64,000 nucleotides of DNA from positions 9,371-73,370 of IMG/VR virus record IMGVR_UViG_3300027887_000463; one strand, written 5' to 3'. This document shows, in pieces, positions 1-9,440 of the stretch. Position 1 is the stretch's first letter. Every line of letters starts with the position of its first letter. Source of the stretch: a virus. Under the pieces are notes generated by a model. It was not told the DNA's origin and ran no database searches. It worked only from the letters and a program-made list of their open reading frames with translations. Both the position numbers and the translations under genes were made by a program.

Positions 1-2
1 GT

Positions 3-293
3 AGTCCGGATTCGATAAGGGATAGACTACTTGTTTCGGCCAAAAGTTATAAGAACACTATAGAGTATCTACGATTCTTTATTGGAATCAAGGCAGCATT
101 ACTGGATAGAACTGACGCAAACAGTGTTAATGATTTTAATGATACTCTACGAAAACTAACAGAGTTAGAATCTCCTGGAGCGAAGAAAACCAAGATGAAG
201 ACTCCAGATGATGTTAGAAACATCATGAAAGATTTTGACCAGAGCTTTAAAAAAATAAAAGACAAGCTAAAAAACTTTAAGAGAGCTGACTGA
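3..293 (+). CDS. 3' end of a hypothetical protein, open at the left window edge
   Basis: The frame is open from the window edge to TGA at 291-293, and that stop overlaps the next ATG (TGATG). The tail reads ...RKLTELESPGAKKTKMKTPDDVRNIMKDFDQSFKKIKDKLKNFKRAD. Track ORF 47..265 (-) is its antisense shadow. Confidence 0.5.
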   Translation, partial: SPDSIRDRLLVSAKSYKNTIEYLRFFIGIKAALLDRTDANSVNDFNDTLRKLTELESPGAKKTKMKTPDDVRNIMKDFDQSFKKIKDKLKNFKRAD

Positions 294-3200
294 TGCCCGA
301 CGAGACCATAAATTATAAAGTTAATGTCGATACGAGTTCCTTAGCTGATCAACTACAACAAATAAAGAATCAGGTTGATCAGGCTATGGCGACATACACC
401 TTTTCAGCTACACTCCCCGACCCCACTCCAAGAGCTTATGCTTTTCCTTCTCAAGGTTTCACTGCCCAGATTGCTGGTATTGGGGCTGAAGCTGGAGGGC
501 TGGCATTAGATACTGGGCAAAACGTTGCTGGTGGAATGACGGGCGCGATGCAGCAAGCTCGAAGTTTCATAGATACAGCCCGCCTAGGATTTCAAAAGTT
601 CACCAACGATGTTCAGAACGTTATGTTAACAACGTCTGCTGGACTCGACTCAGTTATGCCTCGTCCGCAATTCTCTCCAGGAACAGAATATCGTCCAAAC
701 TTTTCACAAATGGGGCCCTTCCGATCAGGCTTTGAATCTCTGACTGGCTGGGGTTATAACCCAAACATGTCCATGACGCCAGGTCGTTATAGAGAATATG
801 CTCTGAACAATATGTCCGATCAGGTTGTAGAGCTTGGTAAGGGTGCTCTAGAAATGGGAGCTATGGCTACAGGTGTAGGCGGAGCAGTCGCCGGGGCTTT
901 AGGAGCAACGGGTTTGGCAGCAGCCGGATTAACGCTAGCCGTTCCAGCAGCAGCCGCTTATTTAGGGTCGGAGGCTTTTCTCGCTACTGGCGGTTATGAT
1001 GTTCGCCCAGCTTTACAGGCACGGGCTTTTGTACGAGATGCTTCATGGAGATTTCTATCCGGACGTTTCAATGATCAAGCAGCAAGTGAAATAGGAATGC
1101 AGGTAGCAACTGCAGCCCGTTCTGAGAATCTTGTCGGAATGCGAATGACTCAGGGCGAGGCGATGGGAATAGTACAACAAGCAATTGATACTGGTGGATT
1201 TGATACAGTGCGCACTGCCGATGAATTTAAACAACGGGCAAAGACGTATATCGAAAGTACTAAGTATGTTATGCAACAGCTGGGTACTACGATGAATGAA
1301 GCCGTTGGGTTTATGAAGGATTGGATGAATCAGGGGCTGGTTACCGACACCCAATCAGCGCGTACATTTAGTACTGGACAAGCAGCGATGGCATATCGTG
1401 CTGGATATACACCAAACGAACTTCATGCTTTTGGAATGCAATCGGCTGAGATGGTACGTGGCACTGGTATTATGATGGGAGCTGGATATTTATCTGGGCA
1501 AATGGCACTCTCCGGAGTTAAAGCCGGAATGACAGCAGGCGCCTTTACTCCCGAGATGATTAATCAAATGGGTGGGGCAGAAAATGCGGCAGCCACTATT
1601 AACAGAATGGGTTTTGCTTTTGGAATGAGTACTCCCGGATTAACATACTTTGCTGCACGAGATCTTATGGGCGAGGGCGCAGGAGCAATGGATCCCCGCT
1701 CAGCAATTGGTGCTGCAACAACTAGAATTCGTACACTTCAAGATTATATGAATTTCCGAGGTGGACAAGCTCGAATGTCTTCTCAAGTTGGTTCTGAAGT
1801 TCTCTTTGGAACACAGGTCGGTCAATATATGAATATGTTTAAAATGACCGGGCAGGAATTGAATGAAGATTCCTGGAGAACCTTTATGGAAGCTCAGGGA
1901 GTTGGTGGGTCGGAAGCTGATCTAATGTTCGGAAGAATCAGAGAGGCGCAACTTAATGTAGGTGCAACACGAATGCGGGATGCAATGGGAGAAGCTACAC
2001 GTCGAGCCAATCAGGGACGTCCAGATGTATTTAGTGTTGCTTTGGATAAGGTAGATCAGGTAGCGGCTGAAGTATTTCGTACCCGAGAAATTGGTCAGGC
2101 AGCCACAGATGCAGCAAACTGGATTTCGCGTACAGGAAGGGATATCTCTCGTGGCTGGCAGGCATTAACAGTTGTTGGTTATCAGGCACCTACGGAACTA
2201 GGGGAAGTAACAACTGCCCCAGCAGCAATCAGGGCTGTTATGGCCCAACGGGCAGGAGAGTTTGGTGTACGCCCCGGAATGACTCCAGAACAAATATTAG
2301 CCCTGCCACTAACTACTGGAACCACCCCAATGACACAGCAGATGGGAGCGGTAGCTGCTGGGATAAACCAAACGTTTCAGTCAGAGGAGACCGGTAAGTT
2401 CTTAGATACGAGAAGACAAGTAAATGCTGCAATCGAAGCTATGCAGGGTTCAAAATTAGCAACCGATCTTCGCACTTCTACAGCAGTTTTAGAGGGTAAA
2501 GATTTCAATGTAAATATGCAGACAGCGATACGTGAATGGGAAACATTACCCGAAGAACAAAAAAGAGTTATAGGAAATGTAGATAGATTTACTATCCTAC
2601 GAACTGGTTTAGATAAAACATCTGTACAAAGTGGTGCACGAGATATTATAAAAGGATGGGCAAGTTTTAGACCTGGTGTTGGAACTCAATCACGTTGGGA
2701 AGATATTCAAAAACGTGGAACGGCTTTGGAAGCTGCCATATCTAAAGACTATCAATATATAAAATCGAGTGCAGAGTCACACGATATGTGGGGTAATAAA
2801 ACCACTACCTATGAGTATGGCAATAGTCTTAAAGAGGGGTTAGAATTAGTAGAAGGAGTAGCTCCAGATCAATCCAGATTAATAGCGGGAGTTTCTGAGT
2901 ATAATAAATATATGCAACTGCCCGGTGGTAAAGAGGCTCTTCTTGGTTTATATGCAGATCGATATAAAGCAAAATTAGGTATAACATATCAAGAGGCACA
3001 ACAAAAGGCTGAGGCATTTATACCAGAATTAGCAAAAACAGCGGGACGAGCAGACGTTCAAACATTTATGGGTGAAGCATTGGTTTCTAAGATGCTTGGA
3101 GTACAAGACCCGGGTATGCGAGAGCAGCTTGGAAAGACATTGGGTATAAGCGGCCCTCTCACAGAAGGTAATATTATTGGAGCATTTTTTGCAGCCGAAG

Positions 3201-3505
3201 CAAAAGGTAAGTTACCAGCGCTATTGAAAGAAGTGGAAGCCCAAGTTCCATTATCAGGAGAAGTAGCAACCAAGTCTGTAACAACAAAACAACAATGGGA
3301 TATGATGGCTGCGGCAAAACAAGTAGATGTAGATTTGAAATCTGTTGCCAGAAGCATGAATATAGATCTAACAAGTTCTACACCACAAGATGTACAAAAT
3401 CAGGTAAGCAATAAACTTCTTATAACAGAATTACGAAAGCTTACAAATGTTATGGGTAATAGGAGTGGTCCGGCGCTTCCAGTATATATAACGGGCGGTC
3501 GATAA
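293..3505 (+). CDS. large tail/virion structural protein, tape-measure-like (tentative)
   Basis: 1070 aa and G/A/M-rich, with a hydrophobic Gly/Ala segment (MGAMATGVGGAVAGALGATGLAAAGLTLAVPAAAAYLG). It lies immediately upstream of baseplate-type genes, and its stop is coupled to the next start (TAATG at 3503-3507). Confidence 0.45.
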   Translation: MPDETINYKVNVDTSSLADQLQQIKNQVDQAMATYTFSATLPDPTPRAYAFPSQGFTAQIAGIGAEAGGLALDTGQNVAGGMTGAMQQARSFIDTARLGFQKFTNDVQNVMLTTSAGLDSVMPRPQFSPGTEYRPNFSQMGPFRSGFESLTGWGYNPNMSMTPGRYREYALNNMSDQVVELGKGALEMGAMATGVGGAVAGALGATGLAAAGLTLAVPAAAAYLGSEAFLATGGYDVRPALQARAFVRDASWRFLSGRFNDQAASEIGMQVATAARSENLVGMRMTQGEAMGIVQQAIDTGGFDTVRTADEFKQRAKTYIESTKYVMQQLGTTMNEAVGFMKDWMNQGLVTDTQSARTFSTGQAAMAYRAGYTPNELHAFGMQSAEMVRGTGIMMGAGYLSGQMALSGVKAGMTAGAFTPEMINQMGGAENAAATINRMGFAFGMSTPGLTYFAARDLMGEGAGAMDPRSAIGAATTRIRTLQDYMNFRGGQARMSSQVGSEVLFGTQVGQYMNMFKMTGQELNEDSWRTFMEAQGVGGSEADLMFGRIREAQLNVGATRMRDAMGEATRRANQGRPDVFSVALDKVDQVAAEVFRTREIGQAATDAANWISRTGRDISRGWQALTVVGYQAPTELGEVTTAPAAIRAVMAQRAGEFGVRPGMTPEQILALPLTTGTTPMTQQMGAVAAGINQTFQSEETGKFLDTRRQVNAAIEAMQGSKLATDLRTSTAVLEGKDFNVNMQTAIREWETLPEEQKRVIGNVDRFTILRTGLDKTSVQSGARDIIKGWASFRPGVGTQSRWEDIQKRGTALEAAISKDYQYIKSSAESHDMWGNKTTTYEYGNSLKEGLELVEGVAPDQSRLIAGVSEYNKYMQLPGGKEALLGLYADRYKAKLGITYQEAQQKAEAFIPELAKTAGRADVQTFMGEALVSKMLGVQDPGMREQLGKTLGISGPLTEGNIIGAFFAAEAKGKLPALLKEVEAQVPLSGEVATKSVTTKQQWDMMAAAKQVDVDLKSVARSMNIDLTSSTPQDVQNQVSNKLLITELRKLTNVMGNRSGPALPVYITGGR

Positions 3506-5454
3506 TGAGAACAAAAAATATAGTATGTAAAGTTTATTTAGAAGGCGTTAATGTCTCTTTCAATTCTATTCAAATTGCGGAGCAGGTAGGAGCACCTCCA
3601 AGAGCGGTTGTGAGTTTTCCCGCAGATAGTGCGGCCTTAACTCTTCTTCCTAAAACCGTTATTCATATATACTATGAAGATGATATTGGTATTGACCGGT
3701 TAATTTTTATGGGTGAGTTAGCGGGTAGCGGCATTTCATTTACTCCAGATAAACGAGCTATCAATTTAACTTTTACAGCCTTCTCTCAGAACTGGTATAC
3801 CAATGTTATCCTTCCTATGGACTTGAAGGTTCGGACTATGGCATCTAATGCTCTATATGTTCAAGTAAACCAGGCAGGGGATAAGGCTGAAGCCTCTACT
3901 CTAAAATTTACCGACTTAAAGGGTCTCGGATTTTTAGATGAAATACTATCGAAATTAGAGAATGGTGGAGACACATTGCCCACTATCATACAAAAACTAG
4001 TTAATACATTTGGTGAGGGTTTTGAGGGAGTCTACTGGCAAGCTGTGGCAAAAGCTTTTGGATTTAATAGTATGGTTGCGATTGACGGTGTAGGTAAGCC
4101 GGCTACATGGCCGATTCGAAAGATACAAGAACTGCTAATTACTGTAGCCGTTATGCAACATATCAAGGGATTAGCCCAGGGCGTTTCTGCGGGTACAGAT
4201 ATACATACATTATTTTCAACAATACTGGAATCTTGTGGCTTTTGTTATTCAGAAGTTGCGGCACCCACAGATTTAGGAAATACCCGTGCGCATATTCTAG
4301 TAAAACCAAAGACTCATTTCTTCCCGCCTATTAGACATAATGTTGTTATAGATGATGAGATAGTACAGTTGAGTTTTACTAGAGACTTTGATAGAGAGCC
4401 TACACGTTTAGTAGGACAAACAGTTCCATTCTTTCTACCCACCAACGATATAAATACAACTATTGTGAGTGTGGTAGTTCCCAATAATGTTAGATTGGCT
4501 CAAGCATTGGAGGGAGATAAACCACTTAATTCTACAGAAGTTTCGAACGATCAATTTAAAAATCTAAAAATGTTTGGCCTCTCAAGAGAAGAACAATGTC
4601 GTGGTGTTGTTTTAAGCGAACATCAAGATACTTCTTTTATTGAAAATTCTTACTTAATAGCTCTGATGAAAGATGCGGGGGAGAACAGTGATTATGATTC
4701 TCTCAGCGATGAGAAACGAAAAGAAGTCAACGGTAAATTTGGAGATTATGTTACCGGTGGCGGACAGATGAATGAGTCCGAGACTTACCACATGAATATC
4801 GCCACAACAATGTATTATGATAAACGACATCAGGCAAGAACCATACAAGTGAATTCGCCTTATAGTCCATATAGAATGGTAGATTTTCCTGGAGTTATTA
4901 TAAGTAAATACTTCCCCTCTAATGTTCCCGGTATAGTGGGTAATCTTGATTCCGTGTCCTCGGTTATTTCAGCTGATGGAGAGGCTTCGCAGACTCTAGT
5001 TTATTCTCATTGTAGATTTGTCGATGCCAATGTTTCGGGCACATCTGATTTCTATGGTTTCCTAGATGATGATATGGGTAATCCCGTTCCGTGGTATGCT
5101 GAATATGTTACCCAGGGAAACATTAACTCCTTCTATGAACAATTCACTGGACAAAAGAATTCGGCTGTTATTGCACAAGGGGGAAAGGCTGCGACAGCTG
5201 TTTATAGAGCAGTTCAAGATATAAAGGCTGAAGTTAATAAACCAGAGAACCAAAGAAATCGTGCAGAGTTTATACGAAGAAAAACTAGTCGTCCTTTAGT
5301 CACAAGACCTATGATTCAAAAATTATTTCCTAACACAAGTGTAAGAAAACTAGCTTCCGAAAAGAATAGCCCGGTCACAAGTATAACGCCGGCTCCTTAT
5401 CTAGAAGAACGTAGGAAAAGAGTATATGCTGTATTTAAAGTTAAACAGGGATAA
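3505..5454 (+). CDS. hypothetical protein (tail/baseplate module)
   Basis: 649-aa ORF whose start is coupled to the upstream stop. No motif recognised. Placement between the tape-measure-like gene and the baseplate genes suggests a hub or distal-tail protein. Confidence 0.5.
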   Translation: MRTKNIVCKVYLEGVNVSFNSIQIAEQVGAPPRAVVSFPADSAALTLLPKTVIHIYYEDDIGIDRLIFMGELAGSGISFTPDKRAINLTFTAFSQNWYTNVILPMDLKVRTMASNALYVQVNQAGDKAEASTLKFTDLKGLGFLDEILSKLENGGDTLPTIIQKLVNTFGEGFEGVYWQAVAKAFGFNSMVAIDGVGKPATWPIRKIQELLITVAVMQHIKGLAQGVSAGTDIHTLFSTILESCGFCYSEVAAPTDLGNTRAHILVKPKTHFFPPIRHNVVIDDEIVQLSFTRDFDREPTRLVGQTVPFFLPTNDINTTIVSVVVPNNVRLAQALEGDKPLNSTEVSNDQFKNLKMFGLSREEQCRGVVLSEHQDTSFIENSYLIALMKDAGENSDYDSLSDEKRKEVNGKFGDYVTGGGQMNESETYHMNIATTMYYDKRHQARTIQVNSPYSPYRMVDFPGVIISKYFPSNVPGIVGNLDSVSSVISADGEASQTLVYSHCRFVDANVSGTSDFYGFLDDDMGNPVPWYAEYVTQGNINSFYEQFTGQKNSAVIAQGGKAATAVYRAVQDIKAEVNKPENQRNRAEFIRRKTSRPLVTRPMIQKLFPNTSVRKLASEKNSPVTSITPAPYLEERRKRVYAVFKVKQG

Positions 5455-5457
5455 GAA

Positions 5458-6432
5458 ATGCCAAACACATCGATTAATGTATCAACCAACCCAATAGCTA
5501 CGGCATACTCGCCAGCATTGGCTGCTAAAGATTTACATAGGGTAGTAAATAATTCCGCCTTGATGGGATCCTATATACCAGACAATCTAGCTTTAGCAAA
5601 GCAGTATTTCCCCACAGTAGATTCGTTAGGGCTTGGAACTCTCTTGAACTTAGATAAGGGAACCATCTTTCCATTCAAAGATAACTCTCTGGCTATCACC
5701 GATATTGAGGTTCCAACTACTATCCTTGTGCTATCCAAAGGTTCTGGACAAATACAGCTACAAACAAATCGATTTATTCTTCAATCCATTTCTAAACCTA
5801 GCCAGGAAAGATTCCAGATCATAGAAACCTTTGGAGATCCGGCAGTGTATTTCTATGGGGATAGGACTAAGGTATATACCCTGCAGGGTTTACTGGTGGA
5901 TGCTGAAGATCCGATGCAAATAGATAACACCGGGACGGGTACTCCTGAACAACAAAGGGCAAAGGGAAAGTATTACTGGGCAACAGCCTTTCAAGATCTG
6001 TATGAGAATCATTTACGCGGCACAATTCTAACACAACGAGGCCAAATTGCCGCCATCTATGTAAACAATTGGTTTATAAAGGGGTATCCCGTTCAGTTAG
6101 TTATTAACAAAGAGTCGGCAAATACTCCCCAATTAGCCTCATTCCAAATGACTTGGGTTATAGAAAAAGAAACTCTTCTGTCAGCTACAAACGCTGAATG
6201 GTTATATCGAAATAATACCCTTAAAGGTGAGGCTGCCCAGGCACTGAATGGTTACTTAGATGCTCTTGTAAAGTATGATGGGGCTTATTCAGCGTGGCAA
6301 AAAGAAAGTAAAGGAGTTCCAGATGTTACTCCGCTTAGCCAGGAAAAAGATCGAGCCGCCGCAGCAGTTAAGGATGCTCTGAAAACTCTAGAAGCTGCAA
6401 TAGTAAAGGAAGCTTTGATAAATAAAAAGTAA
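5458..6432 (+). CDS. hypothetical protein (tail/baseplate module)
   Basis: 324-aa ORF starting 3 nt after the previous stop, with AGGGA upstream of the ATG. No motif recognised. Confidence 0.5.
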   Translation: MPNTSINVSTNPIATAYSPALAAKDLHRVVNNSALMGSYIPDNLALAKQYFPTVDSLGLGTLLNLDKGTIFPFKDNSLAITDIEVPTTILVLSKGSGQIQLQTNRFILQSISKPSQERFQIIETFGDPAVYFYGDRTKVYTLQGLLVDAEDPMQIDNTGTGTPEQQRAKGKYYWATAFQDLYENHLRGTILTQRGQIAAIYVNNWFIKGYPVQLVINKESANTPQLASFQMTWVIEKETLLSATNAEWLYRNNTLKGEAAQALNGYLDALVKYDGAYSAWQKESKGVPDVTPLSQEKDRAAAAVKDALKTLEAAIVKEALINKK

Positions 6433-6434
6433 TG

Positions 6435-6463
6435 TTGATTTTCGTGTATAATCTACGTATAAT
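6435..6463 (+). promoter_or_regulatory. sigma70-like promoter TTGATT-17 nt-TATAAT
   Basis: TTGATT at 6435-6440, a 17-nt spacer, then TATAAT at 6458-6463. The sigma-factor ATG (6469) lies 6 nt after the -10 element and no Shine-Dalgarno sequence lies between them. Confidence 0.5.
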
Positions 6464-6468
6464 AGACT

Positions 6469-7182
6469 ATGACTGACAAACAAGAAGAACTGAATCTGTG
6501 GAAGAAGTGGAGAAAAACGGGGGATCCTAGCTATATGAATTCCCTAATCAACTCATTAAACCCCTATCTACAGTCCCATGTAAATAAGTTTTCGGCGGTA
6601 CCAATCCCACGTACCGCTTTAGAGAGTCAAGCAAAGCTATTGGCCTTGAAAGCCCTACAGACATATGATCCAAAGAAGGGTACTCAAATCAATACGCATC
6701 TTGGACATGAACTAAAGCACTTAAATAGATACGTGATTGAGTATCAGAATGTCGGTAAGATACCAGAGAATCGTGGCATAGCTATATCTAAATTTCAAAA
6801 CATTAAGTCAAATTTGACGGAAGATCTCAGTCGAGAACCTACCGTTATAGAACTGGCAGATGCCTTGCAATGGTCCCCTGCCGAAGTCGAGCGGATGCAA
6901 AATGAACTAAGAAGTGATATACTTATCACTCAAGGAAAAGAAGAAGCCTTTTTTGATACCACATACAATCCTTCCGATCGAGACAGGGATATAGTTGAGT
7001 TTGTCTATTATCAGTCCTCCCCTGAAGAAAAGAAAGTCCTAGAATATACATTTGGGATGGGAGGAAATCCCAAATTATCGACTGGAGAAATCGCTATGCG
7101 ATTAAATAAAACTCCAGCCGAAATAGGTAGCATGCGTAAAAGATTAGCGTTAACAATAAAAGACGCGGCAAGTAATTACTAA
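6469..7182 (+). CDS. RNA polymerase sigma factor (sigma-70 family, group 3/4-like)
   Basis: Region-2-like block ESQAKLLALKALQTYDPKKGTQINTHLGHELKHLNRYV. Region-4-like HTH block SPEEKKVLEYTFGMGGNPKLSTGEIAMRLNKTPAEIGSMRKRLALTIKDA. At 237 aa the size fits a small sigma factor. Confidence 0.7.
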   Translation: MTDKQEELNLWKKWRKTGDPSYMNSLINSLNPYLQSHVNKFSAVPIPRTALESQAKLLALKALQTYDPKKGTQINTHLGHELKHLNRYVIEYQNVGKIPENRGIAISKFQNIKSNLTEDLSREPTVIELADALQWSPAEVERMQNELRSDILITQGKEEAFFDTTYNPSDRDRDIVEFVYYQSSPEEKKVLEYTFGMGGNPKLSTGEIAMRLNKTPAEIGSMRKRLALTIKDAASNY

Positions 7183-8993
7183 TGGATCCCTGTAGCATAA
7201 CAAAGAAAGCCCTCGATGCCAAAGCAGCATTGGGCATGGATTTAAGTAACCTTCAACAAAAATTTGATTTGTTAGCAAAGCAGGCTAATAAGCAAATGGA
7301 TTTGTTAGGGATACCTATTCTTAACCAACTCATGAGTAATTTCTCCCAGGTCGTAAACTCAACTCTGGCAGGAGTAGTGGGTCAAATGACAAAGCAGTTG
7401 GCTATGTCCATTAATGAGGGGCTCGATCTAGTGGCCGGCGTGCTTGCTACATTAACAATGATAGCTTCTGCAGGTACGCAAGTACAATTGCTGTTTATAT
7501 CGCAATTACGAAGAGAGCTTACGGTACGTATAATGATGTACAGATTGATGCTATATCATTATAGAAATATTCTTAGGGTATTGAAACTCTTACAGGCGCC
7601 ACGTTCTATATCATATAAAAAACTTTTAGCCGCCCTATCATATGTAAGAAAAGCTGAGGCGTTGTTTGAAAAAGCCGTAATTGCAGAGGCTACAAAGGAA
7701 GGGCTTCCGGCAAGATATAGTTATAAATCTATAAAAGGAGCGTTTCAGAATATAGATTCTGCAACTAAATTATTAACAGCTGATGCTAGTGTTGGTGGTA
7801 AAGAATTGGGATATACCCTTTCTGTTGCAATAACTGGAAGAAAGATTCCAAAGAAACGTTGGGAATATCTAGGACAAACTTTAGCAAAAGACTTATTATT
7901 CAAATCTATTGCCCAATCGTTGTCTTATATTGAATATTTGACGTGGAATTATATGCGAATAGCATCCTTAATCCCTATTCCCTTTGAAGCGGTAGATGCA
8001 ATATTTCAACCAAACAACTATACCCAACAATTTTTAACAGCAAACAATACCACCGCTCCTGGAGTTCAAACATTTAACCAGACAGATGAGGATGCTGCGT
8101 TAGAACGTTTTAGAAATGCTCTTATAAAAGAAGAAAATGAAACACTAGTAAAGACGGCTTCGGATGTTGTAGCATCCTTAGATTTATTGAAGGGGATAAT
8201 ACCGACTAATATAATTATCAATAGCTTAGTAGACACCATCATTAACTATCCAACATTTAATTCAGAATTAAAGGTGGCAACGGCAACACTCATTACATCT
8301 ATATTACCGCTTAAAGAGATAACAACAAATGTTCGTACAGGTATGGAGGATTCGTTAGCGAAGCAGGACAGCGAATTAGTATTAGCTGCCAAAGAAGGTA
8401 TCTGGACCACACAATTAAATTCAATTTTAATTCTTAAGGATGGTATTCTTCCTGCCTTAGAGGGGCAAGCCCGATTAGATCAGGATGCCTATAATTTAGA
8501 AACCTTTGTTAAATATCTAGAAGCAAACCAAGGAATATTTGTAATTGCGGATGCCGTACCAAAATTTATTGCTCAGAGCTTAGAAATTTTACGGGCACCG
8601 TTCAGTTCACGTAGTTTAGAAGAATCAGTTGTTCTGGTAACTTTTATCAACAGACAGTTGGAAAAAGCTGTGCAGGTGGATAGGGCGGTATTAGCAAAAA
8701 TGACTGGAATATCCGAGCCATTATCTCAGTTTACAGAACTCTTAAAAATGGCGTCGGAATTACCACCGCCGATGTCGACTGTAGCAAATGCTTTGAGAAC
8801 TGGACAGGCTCAGCAGGTATTAGGATTTATTACGGCACTTTCTCTTGGAACAATTGATACAATAAAAGATCTCTTCAACCCCAATTGCCCAGAGGTAAAA
8901 GTTAAAGAAGAAAAAGAGTTGTCGCTGTTTGACCAAAAACAAAAAGAAATTGATTCCTTTAATGGAATACCGGTAAGTAACTTATTTGGATAA
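7182..8993 (+). CDS. hypothetical protein (structural module, largely helical)
   Basis: 603-aa ORF with a TAATG overlap to the sigma gene. No motif recognised. Confidence 0.5.
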   Translation: MDPCSITKKALDAKAALGMDLSNLQQKFDLLAKQANKQMDLLGIPILNQLMSNFSQVVNSTLAGVVGQMTKQLAMSINEGLDLVAGVLATLTMIASAGTQVQLLFISQLRRELTVRIMMYRLMLYHYRNILRVLKLLQAPRSISYKKLLAALSYVRKAEALFEKAVIAEATKEGLPARYSYKSIKGAFQNIDSATKLLTADASVGGKELGYTLSVAITGRKIPKKRWEYLGQTLAKDLLFKSIAQSLSYIEYLTWNYMRIASLIPIPFEAVDAIFQPNNYTQQFLTANNTTAPGVQTFNQTDEDAALERFRNALIKEENETLVKTASDVVASLDLLKGIIPTNIIINSLVDTIINYPTFNSELKVATATLITSILPLKEITTNVRTGMEDSLAKQDSELVLAAKEGIWTTQLNSILILKDGILPALEGQARLDQDAYNLETFVKYLEANQGIFVIADAVPKFIAQSLEILRAPFSSRSLEESVVLVTFINRQLEKAVQVDRAVLAKMTGISEPLSQFTELLKMASELPPPMSTVANALRTGQAQQVLGFITALSLGTIDTIKDLFNPNCPEVKVKEEKELSLFDQKQKEIDSFNGIPVSNLFG

Positions 8994-9437
8994 ATGACTA
9001 TGAGATCATTACAAGTATATCAGCCTAGCTCAGAGACAGGCTTATTGGAGATGAAGTTTCCTTCATCAATCCCTTCTGAAGTCAGTGGGGTTCAAACTCT
9101 GTTACAGAACATTGCCTTATTCCTAAAGACCACCCCTGGATCTGATTCTTTTGATCCTGAACGTGGTACTATATTGGGCGATCAGGCTGCGATGGCTAAA
9201 TCGTTTACCAATATGGATCAGGTTCGGGTATCGGTATCCGATGCAGTTGACCGTACACAATTATACATACTTACACAGCAACAAAAGCAGCGGGAAGCTG
9301 GACAATATATAGGCCCGGATGCCACACTTACAAAGCTGGAAGTCAACAATATTTATCAAGGAGACGATCCTACTTCCATTTTTGTGGAAATTTTAGTATA
9401 TACAGAGGGTAACAAACAATACTTCCTAACGGTATAA
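8994..9437 (+). CDS. baseplate wedge protein, GpW/gp25-like
   Basis: 147 aa. The segment FLKTTPGSDSFDPERGTILGD resembles the GpW/gp25 signature (T.pGe...P.fGs). It lies directly upstream of a J-like gene, as in P2/T4-type baseplate operons. Confidence 0.5.
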   Translation: MTMRSLQVYQPSSETGLLEMKFPSSIPSEVSGVQTLLQNIALFLKTTPGSDSFDPERGTILGDQAAMAKSFTNMDQVRVSVSDAVDRTQLYILTQQQKQREAGQYIGPDATLTKLEVNNIYQGDDPTSIFVEILVYTEGNKQYFLTV

Positions 9438-9440
9438 AAC

